DNA of 64,000 nucleotides from Lytechinus pictus. Its lineage: Eukaryota. Under the pieces are notes generated by a model that had not been told where the DNA came from, did no database searches, and saw only the letters and a list, made by a program, of their open reading frames with translations. Of this stretch, positions 40,188 to 52,560 are shown piece by piece. Numbering within the stretch: position 1 is the first letter of the stretch; every line of letters begins with the position of its first letter. A program made the position numbers and the translations under genes. The stretch spans positions 36,086,001-36,150,000 of the forward strand of contig NC_087245.1 of NCBI RefSeq assembly GCF_037042905.1, in the 5' to 3' direction.

Positions 40188-41116
40188 TAGTGGCTTGATC
40201 AAAATATCCGATCCCTAATACATAATTTCGTTAAATTATTGAAAAAAATAATCCCAAATAATCCGGAGATAGGACTTAAATTCTGGGACATCTTGTCTCA
40301 GGAAAACCCACCTTGTTGTCCCCACATTTAGTGTAGTTAACACGGAGTGAATTATTCATTTGTAGTAGGACAATTACATCATATTTTATCATTTTTTTTT
40401 AGCATTTTACGTTTTATAGAAAGCTCTTAAATATTTACATGACGCTGTCCAATACGTTATGTCAATGTGGTTCTTGACCTCATAGGTTCACAATTAATTG
40501 GGCGTGGCTATGAAAGGGACTCACTCAATATTGTGTTTATCAGCAAGCATTGAACACATAGTCTTGAAAATAATTTACGAACAATAATCCTATTATTGAA
40601 TGATTCTAATCCTTTGTTTTTATTTTTCATTAATTCAATTGCATTCAATTTATAATTCATCTATTCATTCATTCATTCACTCATTTTTTCATTTATTTAT
40701 TTTGCATTTATTTATTCTTTTTTATTTATTAATTTATTGGGGGAAGGGGGGTATCATCATTGAGGGGTATATCATGAAATTCACACCCTAAGCCTTTACT
40801 CTGCCGTCATTTCGTCACTGGTTTGGTGGCATTGTTTAGATCTAATCTTAATCATTCTTATCGCGAAAACAAGAGTGTTTAATAATACAAGAATATAAAT
40901 AATTCGTATTTACCTCAAAGTGGGCAAATTTCCTTACATTTAAAACGCCTTTATTGATTTAATACACATTTCAAAACGACTATTTTTATAATAACATGTG
41001 ACGTAGGACTACCTGAAACGGTGGTGACTGATATCTTGTTTTATAATACTTTAATCCAGGATTAATTCCGAATTAGTCTTTATAAGGAACAGCTAAACAT
41101 ACAAACAGATTATGGA

Positions 41117-41205
41117 TATATAAGGAGGTATCTGCACAATTTCAGATATTCCTACAGGCGTGCGTCCTCCGAAGATCTGCATCATCGTGTCCCCATATAC
41201 CACAG
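41117..41205 (+). promoter_or_regulatory. Probable amylase core promoter (TATA box) and non-coding exon 1 (~41143-41205)
   Basis: TATATAAGG at 41117, an Inr-like TCAGAT about 25 nt downstream, and a strong donor cag|gtgaga at 41206. The ATG exon starts at an acceptor only 6 nt before its ATG, so an upstream exon is implied. Confidence 0.55.
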
Positions 41206-41316
41206 GTGAGAAAATAACCGTTTCAAAGCATACTTAAGAAAATTAGGCACATACTTTGATCGTGGGTGCCGTAAGGCCTTGTTTCTCTGATTATATTTGG
41301 TCAATTTATTGTTAAG

Positions 41317-41347
<31 letters not shown>

Positions 41348-42361
41348 CATTATTATTATCATTATCATTATTATCATTATTATTATTATTATTAATACTA
41401 TCATCATTATTATTATCATCATTATTATTTAGCTTTCGTTGTCAATGTAAAAGAAAAACCAAAAGGAAAAAAGGGAAACTGTGGTGTTGAGATGAACACC
41501 ACTGAGAGGACCACACCCTGAAGTGTTAAAAATACACCGCGATCTTTGAACATAACACCTAATAGAGACCAAAGAACAAGCATAATGCGTTAAGATAACA
41601 CCCATGAGTGTTAATCTGACACCTTGAATTTTACATTGATGGGAAAAGCTTGGTTTGCAGCAGGGGTAGATTTAGCATGGTCCATTAATAGGGGGAGGTT
41701 GGGCAGGGGGGGGGGGTGGAGAATCCACACCTTTTCCAGGCTGGCTTCTCAAAAAGCTAAAAGCTAGGAGACTTCGGGGTAGGGAGATAGTCCTTATAAG
41801 ACGGAAACGAAGCAATATTTATCTTTATTTTTACAAACAAAATTAGATATGTTAAAAGGTCTTTAAGTAAAAAAGCGAGCGCAGAGTACAAACTGAGATA
41901 AACTACGCACTTTTTGTAGTCATAAGCAAGATGCGTGATACCAGCGCAAAGAGTTGACCCTTTGTCATTTTGTGATATACTGTCATAAAACAGATAGGAC
42001 AGCTACAGGAATTAATGAGCTGGATACGTTTTCATTAAGCAAAATTATTCGAATGCAAAGCACGAACTTATTTTTTTATATTTTGACCTGAAAACAGTAC
42101 ATTTTTAGCATTTTTAAAAACCTTTTTTTTTTGCGTGTCAAATTTTTCCACGGGAAAATGTGCCCCCTTTTGGAAAATCCTGGATCTGCCCCTGGTCGTA
42201 AGGATGGTATCTCTGTGCCCCCCTGATCCGTCTATGGTTTGTAAACACTGGTAGTGTATATAGTTTTAACTCCTGTTTTTTCAGTAATTTTTTTACTTTG
42301 TAAAATACAGATATTTTGTTCCAACTTTGAATCCTGTGCCATATACTTTCCTTTTCTGTAG

Positions 42362-42559
<198 letters not shown>

Positions 42560-43942
42560 TAAAAGGGACCATTATGTAATTATGATGATAGCACGTTAAG
42601 CTATGATGACACCGAAGTAAAATAGGAAGATCAATATTCACTTTGTTAAAGTTTGATATTTGGCTCTCGAAGGAGCTACTAAGCCATTTTTAACTACGTG
42701 AAAGTCCCACAATGTACCTTGCTGTACCCTTTACTGTTTTGATGTGTTCTCAATAACATTGATATCAAATAACTATAACGGTGTTGGTATTAATTCAATG
42801 GTTTACGTAATGACCTTGTTTTCCATGACAGGCATATTTCCATGGGCGCCCCCCCCCCCTGCGTACGGCTATAATCTTAAAACAAAGAAGAAAAATGAAT
42901 TATCTACCCCCACTCACATGACTCATGAAACTTAAAGCACGTAGGATTATTTTTACAATTTTTTTCGTTCATTATGCACCTGCAGATGGAAGCAGAACGG
43001 CACTAAATATCGGGCGATCATCGGGCACGAAAAAAAAATATTTTTCAGAACAACTTATCTGATATGAAAGGACAGAAGGCAAAGGCGCACTCGTTAACAC
43101 ATAAAACAGGTCCTTCTCATGTGAAAGGGGCACAATAAACGTTCGTGGGGGCACTTTTCTTAGGTAAAATGGGGCACTGATTCGAAAAAGGGCAGTTACA
43201 AGAAAGCAAGGGAGCACTTGCTCAGATCGACATGAAATGGGTCCTTCACAGGTAAAAGTGGCACAGAACACGTTCGTGAGGAGGGGAGGGGGAATTTTTT
43301 GGTAAAATTTGGCACTGATACGAGATATGGCACTTGCTAACACCTTAAACGGGTCCTCTTCCAATGAGAGGAGCACAGTACACGTTCGTGAGGGGGCATT
43401 TTTATTGCGTGAAAAGGGCACCTTTTCAGTGCTTCAAAAAGCGGGGGGCACTGTGCCTACTGCCCCCCCCCCCCCTCTGATCGCTGCCCCTGCGATATTT
43501 CAATATTCGTTATGAAAACCACCGACAGCTACTCGTGTTAAAACGGATACACAAACAGTTTTGATGATTTATCTTGATTTGGTTTACCCCATACTTCTTT
43601 GATTAGAGGTGTTAAAAGATTAACCTTCGACTTATAAATTCAAAGACGACATAATCGAAAACTACAGCGGGAAAACGACCTGTTGCGCATGTTCATCGAA
43701 CATCTCCATTATTCAGATGGGATTTTGCCACTTATTGAATGTTTGGATCTTGCGTTTCAACACACACAGACACTCGTATACAAACCAGAAAAAATAATTG
43801 ACATTTTTATTTAAAAAATATTTATCAAAAAAATTTTTGAAAAGAAAATTCAAGATTGAACACAATCATGGGAGCTAGGGCTGGTGAATATGCCGAAACA
43901 AATAAACATTTAAAATTTTGACTATTTTTGGTTGTTCGATAG

Positions 43943-44154
43943 ATTCTTGGGGCCTTATGGATTCGGAGGGGTGCAGATCTCACCCGCTAATCATCATATC
44001 GATGGTAGTCAGTGGTGGACACGATACCAACCGGTGTCCTATTACCTCAACAGCCGGAGCGGTTCCGACTCCGAGTTCCGGTCTATGGTTAATCGATGTA
44101 ACGCCGTGGGTGTCAATATCTACGCCGATGTCGTCATTAACCACATGGCAGCCT
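43943..44154 (+). CDS. AMY: Alpha-amylase coding exon 2
   Basis: Translates [14 protein letters not shown]...[10 protein letters not shown]...DVVINHM (conserved region I). atag acceptor and gtaagt donor. Confidence 0.95.
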
Positions 44155-44457
44155 GTAAGTCAATCTATGGGCTCGATGGATTTGAAACGGTTATCTTGTT
44201 TTCTTAATTAGTCTAGCCCCAACTTTAGAAAATATTTTGGCGGGACTTGGCTATCAAGTTCGATGTTAAAAACGATCGGTGAAAAGATCTAGCCACGTAG
44301 GGCACATACTCGGAAAATCATGGTATCGTTATCTACATAATTGAAACTGTACACATTTTTATCCTTTAGAAGATTAACCTTTCCTAATATACATGTTGAT
44401 GCCACTGTCAACAGAAAGGGACTTCAGAATAATAACAATTCATATTTTTAATTGCAG

Positions 44458-44628
44458 GGAATTATGATTTTCCTGACGTACCATTCGGTTCGACTGATTT
44501 CAATGTCCCTAATGGCAAATGTAACACTCAGAATGGTGAGATCAACAACTACGGCGATGCAGACCAGGTGAGAAACTGTAACCTTGTGGGACTCAACGAT
44601 CTATGGACTGGCAAGGAATACGTAAGAG
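44458..44628 (+). CDS. AMY: Alpha-amylase coding exon 3 (domain B)
   Basis: Translates [16 protein letters not shown]...[21 protein letters not shown]...EYVR. ttgcag acceptor and gtaaga donor, phase 1-1. Not in the ORF track. Confidence 0.92.
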
Positions 44629-44981
44629 GTAAGAATGGCCGTAATATATACATTTAAATATCAGATTCAGTAATAAGCGATAGGCAACAGAAAAATTGGT
44701 ATGAATGTCCGATTAAAAAGGTATATCCATCATGGTCGTACAGTATTATTGTCACAGAAAAAAAGCACTTTCCCGTCATTTTTTTCCTCAGGCGGCATCC
44801 CTTGCTAGACTACCCCCCCCCCCCCCACCCACCTTGTTTTGAACTAGAAAATCAGCCCTCGTAGTGCAGTCACTATGCAAGCACTGTAAGTGCTAAATTA
44901 GCACTTCATTTTTTACAGTGTAATATAGTCATGATTTCAGCTGAATTGGGCAGCCCACGCAACGTTTCGAGAAGTACAAAC

Positions 44982-45531
44982 CCCGGGGGGGGGGGGCACT
45001 CGACCAAAAAAGTGGTAGGGGTGTGCCGCGGGCGAGGCAAAAAACGGGGGCCTTGGAGCGGGCTTATTGTAAAAAGGAGGGTCCTCGGAACGGGCTTCGG
45101 AACTACAAATGTTTGTGAAAACGGGGGTCCTCGGAACGGATCTCCGTATCTCTGTGAGTGCGTATGCATCCCTATGGAACGGGCAATCGTGCATGACGCA
45201 GCTAGCGCGGCCTCCGCCGGGTGCGCTTTCGCTTAGGCGATGGTCGAAAAGCGCTCTACGGCCGCTTTTCACCAAATTGCAGCTCCTTGTAGCAAATCAA
45301 TGCGACCGGAACGGCGTAACGAAAAATATGCGAAGCTTTGGAACGGATTTCTTTCTTCTTTTTTCTCGATAAGAAGGAAATGCTATGCCTTGGAGCGGCT
45401 TTCTTTGTTCTTTTTCTCAAAAAGACAAAAATGCTATGCCTTGGAACGGAAATTTGAGTGTAAAAATGGGGGTACCCTCCGCGGCACATACCCACTATGC
45501 ATTATATACTGAGTGCCCCCCCCCCCCCGGG
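44982..45531. mobile_element. GC-rich non-autonomous DNA transposon with CCCGGG(G)nCACTC termini, in the last amylase intron
   Basis: Inverted termini and a perfect 8-bp TSD GTACAAAC at 44974-44981 and 45532-45539. Confidence 0.85.
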
Positions 45532-46042
45532 GTACAAACTAATCAGATTCGAAGCAGTGCAAATGACAGTCTTCACAAAAGTGAAATGTTAACTATTTCC
45601 GACTGAAACAGATTATTCAAATACACGTCGAGTATTAAGTGGTTAAGCTCAATTCAGCTCAAAGTACAATAAAATATACAGAGCGCCAGCCCTCCAATAG
45701 TAAACCAAACTGGTTTCAAAATTGACACAAGTGAAAAAAAAGTGGCTAGCTGGTGTGACCCCTCCCCTTGAAGCTGATCAATGTAGGTGCACCTACCCCC
45801 CCCCCCCCCCATCGCAAACGAGCGTGTACGTATTTTTTTACAAATGAAATGATACGGGCTCTATTTCAATGGTATTATTTTCATGATTTAGGCAAAATGA
45901 ACATGACAAATAGCACTTGAGACTTTTGAAAAGTAGCAATACTCATGGCATTGAGATTATACCGGGGAAATTTGATATTTTACGGAAGGTTTGGTTTTAT
46001 AAAAATGCCAATAAACATTCTCTGGTTTGTCATTTTGTACAG

Positions 46043-47559
46043 GAAAACTTGCTGCTTTTCTGAACGACTTGGTTGGTGCCGGGGTCGCTGGATTTAGGGT
46101 AGATGCAGCGAAGCACATGTGGCCTGGGGACCTTGAGAATATATTTGGCCGTGTCAATGGGAATCCATACGTCTACCTAGAGGTAATCGATCAAGGGGGC
46201 GAGCCAATTACAGCTAGCCAATACACCAATATTGGTGACGTCACAGAATTCAAACATTGTGCCCACATCTCCAACCTTGGCCGGTGTCAAAACCCTCTTA
46301 CCTACTACAGTAACTTTGGACAAGACTGGGGCATGTTGAGCTCAGACTCGGCTTTGGTGTTTGTAGACAATCATGATAACCAGCGTAGCCATGGGGGTGG
46401 TGGGGATGTTGTGACCTTCAAGGAATCTGTGAGTTACAAACGAGCTGTAGCGTTCATGCTGGCCTGGAACTACGGAACAAAGAGGATTATGAGCAGTTAC
46501 AGCTTCAGTGATACTGAGCAAGGCCCACCAGGAAGTGGCCCTACCATCAACGGTCAGGGTACTTGTGACGGTGGATGGATGTGCGAACACCGCTGGCGTC
46601 AGATCCGCAACATGGTTGGTTTCAGCAAGCAGGCTGGATGGGAACCTGTTCAAAACTGGTGGTCGAATGGTAACAACCAGATTTCATTTTCCAGAGGCAA
46701 CAAGGCTTTCTTCGCAATGACATGCGAAAGTCAGATATCGCGGGAATTCACCACCGGACTCCCTGATGGGAACTACTGTGATGTCATCAGTGGTGATCCA
46801 ACCGGAAGTGGGTGCACGGGAACGGCAGTTACGGTGAGCGGTGGAAAAGCCTACATCACTGTACCATCAGGAGAAGACTCGATGATAGCTATTCATGTAG
46901 GTGCTATGTCGGGTGGTAACGGAGGTGGTGGTTACCCAAGTAACCCAACCTCATCTCCTCCTGGGAACAACCCTACCTCTCCCCCAGGTACCTCCCGGAC
47001 AGTCATCTTCATCCGCAAGACTACCTCCACTGGTCAGGATATGTTCGTACAGGGTGGAATCAGTCACGAAAAACGTTCCGGTTGCACCAGCGATGCCGAT
47101 ACCAGTAACTGCGCAATCCCTATCACACATCGAACCGGAGGATCTGATATGACTCTCAATTACCAAAGACAAGGTGATGACTATCTTGATTGGTATGGTA
47201 GTGAGAGCGACCAGACTTTCCAAGCCAACGGCTCACCATTGGTGTGGACCACCAATAATATGGGTCATGGCGCCAACGTGGATACCGAAGGATATGGCTA
47301 CTTTGACCTTAACCAATGGGGTGACCACTACTGGATGCTTGATGTCGATATGGACTGTAGTAAGACGGAGAATGGATGGTTTGAGTTGAAAGGTTTCGTT
47401 AAAGGGGGACAGGGATGGGAAAGCGATATTTCCCAGAAAGTTTGCAGTGGGTCTGCGGGAGGAACAAGACCATACAGCTCAAACAATCACTTTGCTCGTT
47501 GTGGATATGTCAACAAGTTTGACTTCGAAAGCAATAGTTGTGAAATCAACAACTTTTAA
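46043..47559 (+). CDS. AMY: Alpha-amylase last exon: catalytic residues, domain C, Gly/Pro linker and extra C-terminal domain
   Basis: GFRVDAAKH, YLEVID and FVDNHDNQR carry the D/E/D catalytic triad. RIMSSY carries the chloride-site Arg. CEHRW is present. The full CDS is 2037 nt (678 aa). Confidence 0.97.
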
Positions 47560-47662
47560 GAAGATATTACAAACTATATGAACAAATTGAGAAACTAAAC
47601 TAAAATGCGGAGCTTCATATTTGCTCCATGTATGATTCACCACTACAAGTGGAATGCACTGT

Positions 47663-47668
47663 AATAAA
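47663..47668 (+). terminator. Probable amylase polyadenylation signal
   Basis: AATAAA about 100 nt after the stop codon, followed by T/GT-rich sequence. Confidence 0.55.
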
Positions 47669-47814
47669 TTATTTTTTGTTTGTTTCAAATTAAGACTTTT
47701 CAATGTCGTTATATTTTGTTACGTAGTCATATAGTACTCTTTATATATCTCTTTGTTCATTTCTTTCTGTCTGTCTCTATCTCTCTCTCTCTCTACCTGT
47801 CTTCCTACTCCTAG

Positions 47815-47865
47815 ATGATTACGACAATGATTATAATGTTGATAATGATGACGAAGATGATGATG

Positions 47866-47900
<35 letters not shown>

Positions 47901-48070
47901 AATGATGATGATGATGATGATGATAAAAATGATGATGATGATGATAATGATGATGATGATGATGATGATGAAGATGACGATAATGTTGACGACGATAATG
48001 GTGACGGTGATAATGATGGCGATGATGATAACGATAATGATGATGATTAAGATGATGATGATGATGATGT
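47815..48070. repeat. (GAT)n microsatellite
   Basis: About 85 imperfect GAT units. It produces the spurious poly-M, poly-H and poly-I ORFs. Confidence 0.95.
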
Positions 48071-48976
48071 GAAAATAGCCGTACACTCGAACTCACTTGG
48101 CGTACTTTTTCGATGATCAAATACTACATGGGCTAAAACCATCTAATCTACAATTTGATTTGGTCTTATTGCCGTTTGGTCTTCACTACACTTGGCTTAA
48201 TATATAGATGAAACTACCTAAAAATATCAGCCCGCGCTACGCCCTCGCATTTATTGTTTAGTAAGATACGCATCCTGTTCACCATTTCAGAAAATGCATT
48301 CCGTTTTAGCTCCAATTAACTTCCAAAGATTTTCAGCTTCCGCTCCCGCTCGCATTTTCTATTCATATTCCTAGTTCCCACCTTACGATTCACGCCAAAA
48401 TTGAAATCGTGATATAAATCGTGGAGTCATCGTGTCAGATCGTATCAGATCTCGAGGTCAGTCGTGGCAATTGTTTTGAGTGTAGAATAATTTTGGACGG
48501 CTAAAAAAAAAAAATCTTTCGCGATCAGCTATACTAAAGGCCAGTCGGAACGGATGGTAAGACATTGGGAACGAGGTAGATAATATTCTCAAATATACTT
48601 TTACATGTTACATGCTTAAAACAACCCCTTTCGGGTCAGCAAAATTTCAGCTCGAAATTAGCGCTCCAAACTGTTCAGTGCACGCATATTGCCCGCATTC
48701 ATAAGGTACCTTGTTTCTAAAAATAATGAAATAAACTGTACTTAAACTTCAGTCTTTAGAACATACCCTCTAAAATACCTTTAGCTCTTTATCGGGGAAA
48801 GTGTGAATGAAATTAGTTTTTCCATCCCCGTCACTCCAAATGGGGAAAAAAACTTGATTCTCCCTTGTTGAGTGTCCAGAATAGCATCACAATAAAACGA
48901 GGGTATAACACTTTAAATCATTCAAGATCATAAGATATTTAAAAATCACCTCAAAAGTAGGATTATCTTTCTACTA

Positions 48977-49261
48977 CCCTACTGGAATGAACACAGTTCC
49001 CCCACAGTGCCTTCAACGGTGTGTTCACAGTGTGGAATACAATGTGAATTCACCTTCCTACTGAGCATTGCAACACATAGACGACCAAGTGAACACACTG
49101 TAAGCATGCAATCACACTGTCGAGGACTGTCCACAGTGTGAAAATACCTTCACACAGTTGAATTTCAGCATTGTAACAGTGTGAATGATATTTTCACATA
49201 GTCCAATATGCGTGAACACACTGTGATCACACTGTGCGACATTGTGTTCTTTCGAACAGGG
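48977..49261. mobile_element. MITE with CCCT termini and internal CACAGTGTG/CACACTGTG repeats
   Basis: TA|CCCTACTGGAATGAACACA ... TGTGTTCTTTCGAACAGGG|TA. Confidence 0.6.
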
Positions 49262-50145
49262 TAGCTGGCTCTACTTCCACTCCACCCCCCCCCCCCTCCC
49301 ATCTCTCTCATCACCTCTCCCTTCCACTTCTCCAGCTCTGTCTATCACTCTCCTAATGTTGCAGAACTAATAATATAAATACAGACAAGAATCATGATAT
49401 AAGCGGAAGGGCAGGGCAGTCTTCGGATACTACCCCCATCAGGTTAACTCCCGCTTCCGTCATCTTTCTAAAGGGCAACAGAGTCCTAAAGGCTACGACC
49501 AAGCCTGGGATGATGGATGTCTTAAAGGGGGAGGGGGTTGTCCTGCACGTATATACCCTCTGCCTTTAAATCACTAGTCTTCATTCTTAATAATAATAAT
49601 GATAGCTGTATAAACTTTTTGCCAGAGAAAACAAAGCACATCTATTATTACTACACCTTTAACTCACACCGTTTATAATAATGAATAATGATAATATTCT
49701 GTTCTCTTATAGTGCTTAACACATGGCTACGCATGTCCCTAAAGAGTGTACCAAAGTTTATAAGCAAATTGTTTTTCATGCAATTTTTATGAGATTTCTC
49801 AGCATAATGCTTACTTCATTTTTCTCTCTCTCTCTCTCTCTCTACTTATTCAAAGTATTTGAGGCGGGTGAACTTTACTATTCCCGAAAACAACGAACAT
49901 CCGTGTTTTAGGTCCGTGCATGGTATTATAAATTACGACAAAGTTCTTTTCTCATCTGTTGCCAAATTTGGTGAAATTTGGGAAGACTTTCTAAAAAGAA
50001 TGTTGCATGCAGTTATTATACCATATCCAATATAATTTCTATCGATTCGTTTTGTCAGAAGATGGCTTTACCAACGATGTAAACAAAAAGGTAAATTTTA
50101 AGGCATAGCACTTATAATCGAACAGTTCCGCTTTATCCATACCCG

Positions 50146-50387
50146 CACTGCTAAAACTATGGTGTTGATTTAACACCAGCCCGGAATCTATGTATGTCCA
50201 CACCAGAGAAGTGTTAAACAACACCAGTTTCGTTTTGGTCTAACACCAGATAGGTGTTTATACAACACCAATTAGTATTAAAACAGCATCGGTTTGATTC
50301 CAAACTGGTGTTGTTTCAATACTTCTCTGGTGTGGACATATATAGATTCCGGGCTGGTGTTAAATCGACACCGGAGTTTTTGCAGTG
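50146..50387. mobile_element. CACTA/EnSpm-like palindromic MITE (further copies 54057-54300 and 57664-58172)
   Basis: CACTG...CAGTG termini, long inverted arms rich in AACACCAG, and a 2-bp TSD CG. Confidence 0.8.
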
Positions 50388-52243
50388 CGGTATTAGGGGG
50401 CAAGAGATGATAGGAATCCATGTGTGACCATACACATTGGTCACGTTGTTGGTCATCGTCTGAACTGAAATCTAAATAAAGTATTGACCTTCTTACGAGG
50501 ATGTTCGCTATCATCTTTTACAGATTCTTTTTCCCGAAATGTAGGTTCTCTGCCAAGTTTGAGAGGATTGACGGTCTTTGCTTAATCTAGATCATTCATA
50601 ATCATCATATTTTAAAGTTCATTGATAGGTCATCCTCGCATAAAAAGTAATGACTTTAATAAAATAAGTTTTGCTCATTCATTTCATCAATTTATTTTTT
50701 GGATCGACTTAGACATCGTGGTTGGCTTGGTTGACATAGCACTGGCTGACCCATGATGCTGCAGTCACATTTCCCCTACGGCGGCGCACGTTGAGTCGAA
50801 AATAGCAGGGGTTTTTCCATTCTTATTCAAACCACCTTTATAGTATGGAAAATGTGACTGCGCCATTACTCAGACCACACTTTTTTTAAAGTACCACTGC
50901 CCCATAATAGGGGCGGCGTCAGGTTATTATGATGGGGGCGGGGTGATGTACTTTTACCAGACCTAGACCTTTCTAAAACTTCTTTTTATTATCTATCTTT
51001 TTTATTCTTATTTTCTTTTTTCTTCACTACGTGATTCATTTATCAATTTAAAAGGAATGCAGTTATATGCAATAAAATGTGGCGTGGGGATTACAATAAC
51101 GTCCATGGCTTGCTGAATACAAAATATACAACATAGTATAATTAAGTGAATCAAGAAATTAAACCAACAATCAAATCTACAATTGGACAATTACTAACAA
51201 ACTACTAACACAAACGGACAGAAACAAACAAAATAATGTCTTGTATAATCAACATTCAAGTAAGAGATTTTCAATATTCAGATTTAAAGGCAAATTTTGA
51301 ATCGAAATAATTTCATTTATTAAGGAGTGAAATTAATTTTTTTCCACTCAGAAAATGCATGGATATCGAAACTACACGAATGGCTATTCTTCATACCACA
51401 AAGAAACAGAAGTCATATAGAAATTTAAGTTAGGCCTAAATCAACTCTGAAAACAGAATATATATCATGTACAATAATGATGTATAATATAGTCAATACA
51501 TATGGTAAACCAAACAAAAAACAATAAATAAATGAACTGTCAAATTCTGCCCTAATTAATAAGGGAAGATTTGACTCAATTAATTAGAAGTATTCTGCTT
51601 CTATAAGGTTTCGTCTACATGTCCATTTCATGTACTTCATTCATGTAACATATTATTTGAGAATGGTTTTATCATAATCTATATTTCATGTTTTGTCCTA
51701 TGTATGTATGGGTGTGTGTGGGTATGCGTGTATGTATGTATGTATATACAGTACGTATGTGTGGGTGTATGTATGCGTGTATCGCGTAATAATGTTGATA
51801 AATCAAAGCTTTGTGATTTCATGGATTTGTGGGGGAAAAGCTCAAATAAAATGAATTAACCAAATATTTTTTTTCTTTTCCGTATTATATTCGATTGTGT
51901 CAAGGGTTTAATAACGGACTAGTGACGTGTTCGGACGATGACACATATAGGCCTAACTAATAAACAATGACGTAAACGAGGATTAGTTTCAGAATTACGG
52001 GTCAATCTAACCTTATCAAGAAGCGCGTTGTATTGCTCAAATAATGATCATAACATGAAAAACATTAAAAATAGAAAATATAAAGGCCTATAGTTAAAAT
52101 ATATTTAAACAAAATTAATCTAAAGATGAGATTACCAAACCGACAAATGAATTTCATATTGATCATTTCAATAAATTCGAAAAGATTTGATATAACTCCA
52201 TACTTTTCAATTGATATCACAATCATGTAGGCGTAGGGATATG

Positions 52244-52560
52244 GGCCCGTATTCTGAAGTCGGGTTTAACTTAAACTCAGGTTTAAAGTTGTGGTTTAAG
52301 TATGGATAGCCAATTGGTACATAAATCACTAACTGTAGAGATATCACATTTCAGCTCATTTGGCTCTCAAATCATTCATTATTGTATAGGAAGTATAAAT
52401 ACATGTAGATGATTGTCTTCACTATCAGTGAATCAGGAAAGAGCACAGTAAATATAAGTAGCATACAACTTTATAAAAATGTTGACACTTTTGGCTTCCC
52501 ATAATTTTAGCTAAGAGTTAGACCATGGTCTCAGTTAAACCTGACTTCAGAATACGGGCC
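52244..52560. mobile_element. PIF/Harbinger-like MITE
   Basis: TIR GGCCCGTATTCTGAAGTC.GGTTTAACT and 3-bp TSD ATG. A decayed relative lies at about 6930-7200. Confidence 0.8.

Noticed and set aside
40905..40960. Possible nearby first exon for gene B (gag|gtaaat donor at ~40912 on the - strand)
   Set aside because: There is no upstream ATG with a hydrophobic signal peptide in the required phase. The 61892-61832 exon fits much better, but this alternative is not formally excluded.
44906..45606. Cluster of overlapping 70-110 aa ORFs
   Set aside because: They lie within a GC-rich non-autonomous transposon and show no transposase motifs.
47719..48120. Poly-His, poly-Ile and poly-Met ORFs
   Set aside because: They are translations of the (GAT)n microsatellite, with no splice or codon support.
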